Assembly: GCA_038882975.1 (NCBI GenBank)
Contig: JAVZNE010000009.1
Coordinates: forward strand, 1-58,561
Direction of reading: 5' to 3'
Length of the DNA: 58,561 nucleotides
Origin: Candidatus Bathyarchaeia archaeon
GTDB taxonomy: Archaea; Thermoproteota; Bathyarchaeia; Bathyarchaeales; Bathycorpusculaceae
The translations under genes and the position numbers were made by a program. The notes below the pieces were generated by a model that was not told where the DNA came from, did not search any database, and saw nothing but the letters and a program-made list of their open reading frames with translations. Positions 17,256 through 25,641 of this stretch are shown in pieces. The first letter of the stretch is position 1. Every line of letters begins with the position of its first letter.

Positions 17256-18231
17256 CTTTAGTCCAGCGGTTATTTGGTCGTACTTTGTCCGCGAAAATAA
17301 TTAAAATTGTTAGGGTAAGTATGAAGCATAGAGTCATGTTTTGTGGGAACTCTGGAATTGGCGTTGGGTTTCCATAAACGTAAACTGTTTGTCCGTCAGT
17401 GCCCATGACTATTGTTTCGGAAACATATGTTCCGTAGACTGTTACGCCCTTACTTAGAAGCCTCTGAATAGTCTCGTTGTGCGGATGCCCATAAGGGTTG
17501 CCTATTCCAGCACTGATTACGGCGTAGGATGGATTAACAGCTTCTAAGAAGGTTTCTGAGGTTGCGTATCTGCTTCCGTGGTGGGCAACCTTCAAAACTT
17601 GGCTTGAAAGGTTTAAGCCAGCATCCATCATGCTTTCCTCAGCCTCGAAAGTGGCATCTCCGGTGAAAAGAAAAGCAACGTTCCCCGCCTGAAGCTGTAG
17701 GACTATGCTGTTGCTGTTCACCACTGTGAATTCAAGGGGCTGCACTGGATTCAGAATTGTGAAATTCACATTTTCGCTTAAAATGTATTGTTGTCCCCTC
17801 TGGACGATGGTTATTTTGCTTTGGGCAAGGCTCATAAAATCTTTGTACACTTGTGAAGTGGCGCTTTGGTTATTGTATAGGACTACGCCAACAGATATGC
17901 TTGACTCTAAAACTGATATTAGCCCGCCTATGTGGTCTTCATGGGGATGCGTAGCAACCACATAAGCTATTTCTGAAACACCTAAACTGTTTAAGTAACC
18001 CATCAGCGTCGAGCCAGCACTTCGCGGTCCACCATCAATAAGCATGTCTTGCCCCTCTGTATCAATGAATATGGCATCTCCTTGCCCCACATCGAAGAAA
18101 TAAACTGTTACCAAGGGCTGATTTTCGCATAAAACTACTTGAACAGTGATGAAAAAGAAGAAAAGCGTATAGCATACTGTCAAAAGCGCAATTTTATACC
18201 AAACCTTTCCGAGCAGCAAAATGAATTTCAC
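17245..18231 (-). CDS. ComEC/Rec2-type metallo-beta-lactamase (secreted nuclease-like) with PEF-CTERM-like anchor; start uncertain
   Basis: DVGQGDA, THPHEDHIGG, FTGDA, KVAHHGS, NPYGHPH motifs; C-terminal IPEF + TM + basic tail. GTG 18231 after GAGGAG was chosen because the longer ORF runs through the repeat array. Confidence 0.85.
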   Translation of the reverse strand: MKFILLLGKVWYKIALLTVCYTLFFFFITVQVVLCENQPLVTVYFFDVGQGDAIFIDTEGQDMLIDGGPRSAGSTLMGYLNSLGVSEIAYVVATHPHEDHIGGLISVLESSISVGVVLYNNQSATSQVYKDFMSLAQSKITIVQRGQQYILSENVNFTILNPVQPLEFTVVNSNSIVLQLQAGNVAFLFTGDATFEAEESMMDAGLNLSSQVLKVAHHGSRYATSETFLEAVNPSYAVISAGIGNPYGHPHNETIQRLLSKGVTVYGTYVSETIVMGTDGQTVYVYGNPTPIPEFPQNMTLCFILTLTILIIFADKVRPNNRWTKARV

Positions 18232-18250
18232 AAACTCCTCTATCTTGCTC

Positions 18251-18510
18251 AAAATTTCTATAGAGAGAGTATCCAATTTAACAGTTTTCCAGCCTTTAAA
18301 TTTGACCTTGGCAAAGGCGAAAATTCTAGAGAGGGGAGAAACTAGGGAAGATAAGCTTTGTAAACAGCGCCGTTTTCCAAAGATTGCCAAAACCTAGAGA
18401 GAGGGTAGCGTATTTGTGCTTGGAAAACAGCACAAATATGACTTGTCCACAAAATTTCTAGAGAGAGGGGCTATCAATTTTGCAGTTTTCTGCCTATTAC
18501 AAAATTGACT
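18251..18510 (+). repeat. Tandem array of four CTAGAG-hairpin units
   Basis: Heads CTA(T/G) at 18258, 18326, 18394, 18458 (spacing 68, 68, 64), each followed by an inverted repeat (e.g. TATTTGTGCT/AGCACAAATA 18411-18438; TCAATTTTG/CAAAATTGA 18474-18508). Confidence 0.85.
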
Positions 18511-18566
18511 TTTGGCAAGGTAAAAATATGGCTAAAATCATAGCATCTTATTGGTTTAGAAGCGAA

Positions 18567-19700
18567 ATGCAAAGGACTGGCGTGGCTAAGCTTCCACTCC
18601 ATTATGGTAAGGCGCCGAAGTGGCTAGTTGTCCGTATGCGAAAACTAGCACGAGAAATAGTAACAATAATTGTTGACGAGTATGGTGCTGGCGAATTCCT
18701 AAAACGCTTATCAGACCCGTTTTGGTTTCAGGCTTTGGGGTGTGTTTTGGGTTATGACTGGCACTCTTCAGGTGTGACAACGGTGGTCACTGGCGTTTTA
18801 AAGCAAGCAGTCATCCCAGAAGAGCATGGCATTGCGGTCTGCGGCGGAAAGGGGAAAATTTCTAGACAAACGCCACTCGAGATAGGGTTGGTGGGCGAAA
18901 AGTTCGGTTTTCCAGACAATAGAATAGAAAGCTTGCAATATGCCAGTAAAATGAGCGCTAAAGTGGATAATACGGCTATTCAAGCTGGTTATCAGCTTTA
19001 CCACCACGCCTTCATCGTCGACGAAAATGGGCGGTGGGCGGTTATACAGCAGGGAATGTGTCCCCAAGACCGCACGGCAAGACGCTATCATTGGCTTTCA
19101 GAAAACGTCAAAAACTTTGTTGTGGAGCCCCATAACGCCATTGTTGGCGACGCGAGGCGCGAAATAGCCCTAGACATGACAGCAAAAGAAAGCGAAGACT
19201 GCAGAAAAGCCTCTGTGGACTTGGCATGCGAACCGCCTAAAAAGCTCATGCGCCTAATAATGTCTATAAGACCAGCCTACCAAAAATCTCTGGAAGATTG
19301 GCTTCCGAAAACCGTCCAAACCCAATGGGCTGACTATCCAATAGCCGTTTTATCCATGCCAGTCAACATAAACTGGAAAGCCCTACAACAAGTCTATGAA
19401 TTCAAACCAAGGAATTACGAGGAACTTTTAGGCTTTAAGGGCGTCGGCGCCGCCACTGTTCGCGGCTTAGCCCTAATAGCCGAACTAATTTACGGCGAGA
19501 AGCCCAGCTGGAAAGACCCGGTGAAATACTCCTTTGCCTACGGCGGAAAAGACGGCGTCCCCTACCCAGTGGACAGAAAAGCCATAGATGAATCCATACA
19601 AATCCTAAGGAGGGCTGTGGAGGACGCAAAACTGGGCGATAAGGAAAAGCTGAACGCCCTAAAAAGGCTTAGGGTTTTCATCCCGCCAACACGCCAGTAA
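18567..19700 (+). CDS. DUF763 domain protein
   Basis: LPLHYGKAPKWL, DWHSSGVTT, GGKDGVPYPV; ATG 18567 preferred. Confidence 0.88.
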   Translation: MQRTGVAKLPLHYGKAPKWLVVRMRKLAREIVTIIVDEYGAGEFLKRLSDPFWFQALGCVLGYDWHSSGVTTVVTGVLKQAVIPEEHGIAVCGGKGKISRQTPLEIGLVGEKFGFPDNRIESLQYASKMSAKVDNTAIQAGYQLYHHAFIVDENGRWAVIQQGMCPQDRTARRYHWLSENVKNFVVEPHNAIVGDARREIALDMTAKESEDCRKASVDLACEPPKKLMRLIMSIRPAYQKSLEDWLPKTVQTQWADYPIAVLSMPVNINWKALQQVYEFKPRNYEELLGFKGVGAATVRGLALIAELIYGEKPSWKDPVKYSFAYGGKDGVPYPVDRKAIDESIQILRRAVEDAKLGDKEKLNALKRLRVFIPPTRQ

Positions 19701-19830
19701 CCCGTTCTACTCGCTTGTTGTCAGGCTGAATCAAGCCTAATTCGTGCTTGGCATGGGCTTGAGGTATCAGATAAGTTTATATCTTGGACTTTGAAGTGTG
19801 ATGGGAAAATGATAGCAAAAATGCCAAGGA

Positions 19831-20778
19831 TTGCATATGACCCTACTATTAAGCGTAGCAGCCTTCATAGCGAGTCTGCTGCTCCTCTACATAGGCTCGA
19901 AGAAAATAGTGGATGCAGCCGCACGTCTAGCTAATAGTCTAAACCTCCATAAAGTTGTTGTTGGGACAGTTTTTGTGGCTTCTGTGACATCAGCTCCAGA
20001 GCTGTTTAGCTCGCTTTTTGCGGCTGTTTTCAGCTCTTCGCAGATGGCCTTCGGCAACATAATAGGCTCAAACATATACAACGTTCCCCTGATTATTGGC
20101 ATATGCGGCTTGATCGGCGAGTTCAAAATGAAAAACTCCACAATCAACAGGGAATGCCTCCTCATGATAGGCTTAGCCGCCCTACTGATGCTGGTGACAA
20201 TGGTAACAGGCACAGTGACATGGTGGATCGGAATAATCTTCTTGGCACTTTATCCAGCCTTCATCTACTACTCCATACGAAAGGGGAACGGCAATGGAAA
20301 CACCACAAATGAAGCAAGAGAAGGCAATGCAAAGCCAGCAGCCATAATGATTCTTGGCGGCGCCGCCCTAATAGCAGGCACATTCCTACTCGTCTACAGC
20401 GCCACAGCTATAGCTGAAATTTTAGGCTTAAGCCACTTCTACGCTGGACTAACAATAATGGCTTTAGGCTGCGTTGTTCCAGAAACAGCTGTCTCGTTGG
20501 CTGCAGCCCTCCACGGCGAACAGGAAATATCCATAGGTAATGTTATAGGCGACAACATAATAACAGCAACACTGGTTTTCGGAATAGTCGCCCTTATAAG
20601 GTCTTTCACGGTGACGCTGCAGGAGATTTTAACCACGGTCCCCTTCATAATTCTTGTAACACTCGTCTTATTCGCCATGAATAGGCGAAGCCACAAAATA
20701 ACAAGGGCTTGGAGCATACTCATGTTAGCAATAGCCGCAGCAGCCTTCACCTTAGAAACATTCAACCACATAGCTTAA
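19831..20778 (+). CDS. Sodium:calcium antiporter (CaCA family)
   Basis: alpha repeats TSAPE...GNIIGSNIYN and VPE...GNVIGDN. Confidence 0.9.
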   Translation: MHMTLLLSVAAFIASLLLLYIGSKKIVDAAARLANSLNLHKVVVGTVFVASVTSAPELFSSLFAAVFSSSQMAFGNIIGSNIYNVPLIIGICGLIGEFKMKNSTINRECLLMIGLAALLMLVTMVTGTVTWWIGIIFLALYPAFIYYSIRKGNGNGNTTNEAREGNAKPAAIMILGGAALIAGTFLLVYSATAIAEILGLSHFYAGLTIMALGCVVPETAVSLAAALHGEQEISIGNVIGDNIITATLVFGIVALIRSFTVTLQEILTTVPFIILVTLVLFAMNRRSHKITRAWSILMLAIAAAAFTLETFNHIA

Positions 20779-20833
20779 CATCATTTACTGCAAAATTTTA
20801 AAAGACCGCTTTTTAACCTCTGTTTGGAAAAGC

Positions 20834-21613
20834 ATGAAAATTGTTCCTCTTGAGCCATCCATTGAGCCGCTTTTCTGGAAAACAATAAGCCAAGATATCC
20901 CCCACTATTACTTTTTCGCCTTTGACTGGAAATACAGAAGAGACCAGACAAAAATTCTACTAGCATTGGACGATGGCAAGATTCATGGAATGATGCTGGT
21001 ATACAGGGGCGAAATAGTGAATTTAAGAGGAAGCCCTGAAGCCGCAAAAATTCTCTTGGAGAAGTTGGAACTAGAAAAAATTGAAATTCAAGCTCTTGAA
21101 GAGCATAAACCTTACATCCTTAAGAAATACGAACCCACGGCAATGCATGGAATGATGGTTATGCTTCTTCGCAAGGGAGAAGAGAAACTTCACATAAAAC
21201 ATCCCGTTATAGGATTAGATGTCTCTGACGCTGAGCAAATAGCCACGATAATGAAGGCGGCTGACCCTGAATTTTGGGGCGACGTAACAAGCCAAGACAT
21301 AGTGGAAGGCATGAACCGTGGAGCAAAATGGTTTGGGGTGAAGGCTGACGGGAAACTCGTTTCAATAGGAAATGCGTGGACGACAGAGTGGATAAGCCTA
21401 ATAGGGATTGTTGCCACAAGCGAAGAACATAGAAACACGGGTTATGCAACTTCTGTGGTTTCAACACTCGTCGAAAAATTGTTAGCGGAGAAGTCTTCCG
21501 TGATAATTTTTGTAAGAAGCGAAAATGCCCCCGCAATCCATGTTTATGAAAAAGTTGGGTTTAAACAGTATAGAAAATACTTCTTCATGAGAGGAATCAA
21601 ACGTAAGTCCTAG
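20834..21613 (+). CDS. GNAT family acetyltransferase
   Basis: HRNTGYAT motif A; NAPAIHVYEKVGF. Confidence 0.88.
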   Translation: MKIVPLEPSIEPLFWKTISQDIPHYYFFAFDWKYRRDQTKILLALDDGKIHGMMLVYRGEIVNLRGSPEAAKILLEKLELEKIEIQALEEHKPYILKKYEPTAMHGMMVMLLRKGEEKLHIKHPVIGLDVSDAEQIATIMKAADPEFWGDVTSQDIVEGMNRGAKWFGVKADGKLVSIGNAWTTEWISLIGIVATSEEHRNTGYATSVVSTLVEKLLAEKSSVIIFVRSENAPAIHVYEKVGFKQYRKYFFMRGIKRKS

Positions 21614-21620
21614 CGGCTTT

Positions 21621-21824
21621 TCACTCTTCAACCGTTATTGCCTGTGTTGGACAGGATGTCACACAAGCCATGCACGCTATGCAGTCGCCCTCCCTAACAG
21701 GAACAGACTTCTGCGTATCAGGGTATTCTGGCAACTTTTGGAGTTCAAAAACGTTTACAGGGCAAATTTCAACACAGACACCGTCGCCGTTGCATTTACT
21801 CCAATCAACCCTAACTTTTGGCAT
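21621..21824 (-). CDS. Dicluster ferredoxin
   Basis: CNGDGVCVEICP and CIACMACVTSCP; ATG 21824 preferred. Confidence 0.9.
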   Translation of the reverse strand: MPKVRVDWSKCNGDGVCVEICPVNVFELQKLPEYPDTQKSVPVREGDCIACMACVTSCPTQAITVEE

Positions 21825-21939
21825 ACATGCATCAACCTTAACCATAAATTCTGGAGCCTTCCACATTTAATACTTTCCACAAAATTGCAGATAACAAATG
21901 CTTTATCAAACATTGTCGAAATAAAAGGCTTGAAAAGGG

Positions 21940-22389
21940 ATGCCCAGCAAAAGTAAAGAAAAAGACTCAGCGGCAAGCACAAGTATAGAAGAGTTAAGCA
22001 AAAAGCTCGACTTGATAATTAAAAGGCTTGAAGCATTAGAAACATTATTGCTTAGCAATCCGGAATATGCTGAGCTGGCGCCTTATTTGCGGTTAAGCCG
22101 TTTTGGGGTGGGCTTGTACGGTGAACCCTTAAAGTTGGCGGCTAGGCTGAAAACAGCTGAAAAACACTTGAAGAAGGAGTGGATAGCCAAAGACGAGATT
22201 TCAAGATGCGTAATCCAAGCCCTAGTTGTAAACGAGAGGCTGAACGTTTCAGCAATAACGAGGCTGGTGCGTCGAATGCGGGGAAAAGCCTCAAGAAGAA
22301 TAGTGCGAGAGAGACTGAAACGCCTAGAAAAGGAAGGCGTCGTCCAAAAGGCGGAAGGCTACGGCAACGTTTACAGGCTTGCAGAGTGA
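21940..22389 (+). CDS. Winged-helix protein with N-terminal coiled coil
   Basis: C-terminal NVSAITR...[19 protein letters not shown] wHTH. Confidence 0.7.
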   Translation: MPSKSKEKDSAASTSIEELSKKLDLIIKRLEALETLLLSNPEYAELAPYLRLSRFGVGLYGEPLKLAARLKTAEKHLKKEWIAKDEISRCVIQALVVNERLNVSAITRLVRRMRGKASRRIVRERLKRLEKEGVVQKAEGYGNVYRLAE

Positions 22390-22486
22390 CCACCCAGCTG
22401 ACCCCTTCTTTCCAGAATAATTAACTGTGCTAGCCAACCTAATATAAGTTGAAAATGAACCGAAACATGCAAAGGAGGTGGGTAGG

Positions 22487-22870
22487 ATGGCTGAGGAAAA
22501 AGAAGAGAAAGAGGATGTTGAGGAACTAAGGGAAGTTCTAAGCGTGGTTTCAAAGGAAGTGCCAGCCCTAATAAAGGGAATAATCGCCAGCGTTTTCTCA
22601 GAAGAAGCTGGAAGAGATATGGGGAGGGCAGCCGCCGCCTTTTACAAAGAGCTTAAAGAGGCAGGTATGCCAGAAGATGTAGCCGTCAAAATGACTGAGG
22701 GCTATATCTCCACGTTTACAAGCCTCGGCGAGGTCATGAAAAGGGCTGTGGGCGGAGAGAAGGGTATAGAAGGCAAGAAGCTTGAGAAGGAGATTTCGAG
22801 GAAAATTAAGGAAAAGCTGGCTGAGAAGGGCTTAGCTGAAAAAGAGGAAAGCGAAGAAGACGAAGATTAG
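22487..22870 (+). CDS. Hypothetical acidic helical protein
   Basis: Strong SD GGAGGTG upstream; biased coding composition. Confidence 0.7.
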   Translation: MAEEKEEKEDVEELREVLSVVSKEVPALIKGIIASVFSEEAGRDMGRAAAAFYKELKEAGMPEDVAVKMTEGYISTFTSLGEVMKRAVGGEKGIEGKKLEKEISRKIKEKLAEKGLAEKEESEEDED

Positions 22871-22899
22871 GCTGAACCAGCTAATTTAAGGAGAAGAGA

Positions 22900-23136
22900 A
22901 TGAGGCTAACCAGCATAATCAGCGTAGGGCTTCATTCAATTCGACTTCTACTAAACCTTCTAGCCCTTTGGCTAAGCTTCGGCTGGAAGGTTCGAAAAGC
23001 GAGAAAAGCCTTCGAAAAAGAATTGGTTAAGGCTGGAATGTCGAAAAAGGACGCGAGAAGGCTCAGCAAATGGTACTCAAAACTTAAAGACGACGTTGTT
23101 CGAGCCGTAAAGTCTTCGGCTTTTACATGGCGTTAA
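22900..23136 (+). CDS. Hypothetical small basic/membrane-associated protein
   Basis: Downstream in the same operon; shares the F.KEL..AGM motif with the upstream gene. Confidence 0.6.
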   Translation: MRLTSIISVGLHSIRLLLNLLALWLSFGWKVRKARKAFEKELVKAGMSKKDARRLSKWYSKLKDDVVRAVKSSAFTWR

Positions 23137-24128
23137 ACCTTAAAAGCATCAACGTAAATCTGCGCGCAACAAAAAGATGAAAAACTTATCCTATAGCCTT
23201 GCGTTTCAGCATATTTTATAGCTTCTTCAGATGGAAAAGCTATGGCGTCCACGCCAGCCTTTATGGCTAAAACATCCGTCTCTGCTCTATGCTTGCCCTT
23301 TGGTCGCATACAGCCCAAGGCTATCGGGGTTTTTGGAAGCATAACCCTTGCGGTGGCTAAAACCCTAGCTATTTCTAAAGGCTCTGGCGGTTTCACGTTC
23401 TCCATTATCGTGCCACGTATGGGCATGAAGGCAATTATGACCATGGCTGAAGGCTTATACTTAGAAATCATCTGCAAGGCATATAACTCGCCTCTTAACC
23501 GCCCATGTTGGAGCCCAACAATAACGTGGGGGACAAAACACAAGCCGGACTGACTTAACGCTTTCAACGCATTTTCATAATCCCTAACTGTGACGTCCAA
23601 GTTGTAAATCTCCCGAATTGTCTCGTCAGCCCCTATGATGTCGATTAGTGCGGCGTCAACGCCAGCTTCCCTAAGCCTTAAAGCCTTTGCGTTGTCCACA
23701 ATTCCAACATGCGCAAAAATTGTCAAGCCGAAATCGGCTTTAACCCGCCTAATGGCTTCTGTAAACCTTTCCAGCGGAACAGAACCGTCTGGGAGGCAGC
23801 CACCGCTAATTAGGCAGCCGACAGCCCCATCCTCTTTAAGCTTTTGACACAAGTTGTAAAGTTCTGTTGGCGTTGTGGCTGGATGCATGGTTTGAAGAAC
23901 TTTACCGCCACAGTGCTTACAATTTAATGTGCAACCTTTCCCAGTTACGGAAATTGTTGGAAAACCCTTGGCTGAGGAGCAGAAATAAGCCGTCTTGTAA
24001 TAAGTGAAACTTGGGGCATAAAAGCTGATGCTCCTTTTAGACAATGGGCGAAAAGTTTTGCTTTCCAAAAGTTTTGAAAGTTCTTCGCTGCTCATATGCC
24101 AGATGGTTTCTGGAGTGTATTGTGCCAT
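23133..24128 (-). CDS. lipS1: Radical SAM protein, archaeal lipoyl synthase subunit LipS1-like
   Basis: CTLNCKHC; GCMR and C-terminal CC motifs described for Thermococcus LipS1. Confidence 0.8.
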   Translation of the reverse strand: MAQYTPETIWHMSSEELSKLLESKTFRPLSKRSISFYAPSFTYYKTAYFCSSAKGFPTISVTGKGCTLNCKHCGGKVLQTMHPATTPTELYNLCQKLKEDGAVGCLISGGCLPDGSVPLERFTEAIRRVKADFGLTIFAHVGIVDNAKALRLREAGVDAALIDIIGADETIREIYNLDVTVRDYENALKALSQSGLCFVPHVIVGLQHGRLRGELYALQMISKYKPSAMVIIAFMPIRGTIMENVKPPEPLEIARVLATARVMLPKTPIALGCMRPKGKHRAETDVLAIKAGVDAIAFPSEEAIKYAETQGYRISFSSFCCAQIYVDAFKV

Positions 24129-24189
24129 TTTCCTCTCTACTAAAGCCTAAAGAAGAACCTTAATAACTTTCGCTCAGCAGCTATAAGCC

Positions 24190-24549
24190 TTAACCCTTAG
24201 CCTCTTTTCCATTTTCACTGCTTGAAATTGTCGGAGTTGGCGCCGTTTCCAACGTGTTAACGGTTTTAATTGTTTTTGCAATCTTCTCCAGATACCTCTG
24301 GAAGCTTAGGGTTCTAAAAACTGATAAGCCTCTCTCTGTTATGGCGTAAAGCTTCTTTTTGCTGGTGACTTTCTCAACGACAAGTCCATTCCTCATTAGG
24401 GAATCCAAATATTGCCCTAAAACAGTGCAGTCCATGTTGGTTTTGTAGGCTATGCTGTCCACCGTTAATGGTCTTTTAGCCAGAGCTGACAATATAGCCT
24501 CATAATTTTCAAGCTTGGACCTACGCAAATCCTTCACACTCGAAATCAT
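24190..24549 (-). CDS. Archaeal winged-helix transcriptional regulator
   Basis: RRSKLE...IAYKTNM...YLDSL...YAITERG. Confidence 0.8.
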   Translation of the reverse strand: MISSVKDLRRSKLENYEAILSALAKRPLTVDSIAYKTNMDCTVLGQYLDSLMRNGLVVEKVTSKKKLYAITERGLSVFRTLSFQRYLEKIAKTIKTVNTLETAPTPTISSSENGKEAKG

Positions 24550-24627
24550 GATTTGACAACGATAATGATAATAATACTTATGAATTCAGAATCAGTAGCA
24601 TAAAAACACCCGCAAAAGCACAACAGC

Positions 24628-25641
24628 GTGGAAAAATTGGCAGAGGTGAAAGCCCCAGAGAAAGTTCGTGTTTCGCTTGGCTCAGCCATAACTTTAGGGC
24701 TGATTAATGGTAGACTTGATGCCAAACCAACAACAGCCTACCTCATGACTTATAGGCGTGGCAAATGCCTTGCAAACTGCGGATTCTGTCCTCAGGCGAG
24801 GAAAAGCCGCAGCAGAGCCGACATGCTCTCAAGGGTTTCATGGCCCATCTTCAGCACAAAACAAGTACTTAATGGAATCGAGGCGACCGCGAAAAGTGGC
24901 GGAATTGGGCGTGTCTGCATACAAGCCCTAAACTACCCACAAGCGCATGAGCATATCCAAGCACTTGCAAAAGAAATCTCCAAACGCACAAATATCCCAA
25001 TCTCAGTTTCATGCCAGCCCCTAAATCCAGAAAACATAAGGCATTTAGCAGAGTCTGGCGTTGAAAGAATAGGCATACCCTTAGACGCGGCAACTCCAGA
25101 AATTTTCGACAAAGTCAAGGGAGCTTCCGCCGGCGGTCCATATGAGATGGAAAGACAGCTAAAGCTACTCAAAGAGGCTGTGAAAATTTTTGGGGAGGGG
25201 AAGGTCAGCACCCACCTAATTGTTGGTTTGGGCGAGTCTGAAAAGGAAATGGTGGAGATGATTCAAAAATGCGTTGATATGGGCGTTTTGCCAGCACTCT
25301 TCGCTTTCACACCAGTTGCCGGAACTGCCCTAGAAAATTTGGGGCAGCCGCCAATCCAACAGTATAGGCGGATACAACTGGCCAGACACCTGATATTCCA
25401 CGGAATCGTAAGGGCTGAAGACATGAGCTTTGATGAGAATGGCTGCATAACCGCTTTTGGCATGGATAAGCAGACACTGAAACAAGTCATTGGTTTTGGC
25501 GAGCCTTTCAGGACTTCTGGATGCCCAAACTGCAACCGCCCATACTACAATGAGAAGCCAGGTGGTCCAATATACAACTATCCAAGACCTTTAAGCACAG
25601 ATGAAATAGCAAGGGCTTTTGAAGAGTTAGCCCTAATTTAG
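24628..25641 (+). CDS. lipS2: Radical SAM protein, archaeal lipoyl synthase subunit LipS2-like
   Basis: CLANCGFC; TSGCPNCNRP matches the LipS2 TxGCPxC(N/D)RP motif. Confidence 0.82.
   Translation: MEKLAEVKAPEKVRVSLGSAITLGLINGRLDAKPTTAYLMTYRRGKCLANCGFCPQARKSRSRADMLSRVSWPIFSTKQVLNGIEATAKSGGIGRVCIQALNYPQAHEHIQALAKEISKRTNIPISVSCQPLNPENIRHLAESGVERIGIPLDAATPEIFDKVKGASAGGPYEMERQLKLLKEAVKIFGEGKVSTHLIVGLGESEKEMVEMIQKCVDMGVLPALFAFTPVAGTALENLGQPPIQQYRRIQLARHLIFHGIVRAEDMSFDENGCITAFGMDKQTLKQVIGFGEPFRTSGCPNCNRPYYNEKPGGPIYNYPRPLSTDEIARAFEELALI

Noticed and set aside
18251-18510. CRISPR array (period about 68 bp)
   Set aside because: Heads are short and degenerate, the 'spacers' are homologous hairpins recurring elsewhere, and no cas genes are in the window
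18251-18510. Replication origin ORB repeats (G-string present)
   Set aside because: No TTCCAGxGGAAAC-like core, no adjacent orc1/cdc6, and units are dispersed at four loci; not fully excluded
18231-18566. N-terminal extensions of the ComEC-like and DUF763 ORFs
   Set aside because: They run through the non-coding repeat array; family-typical N-termini begin later
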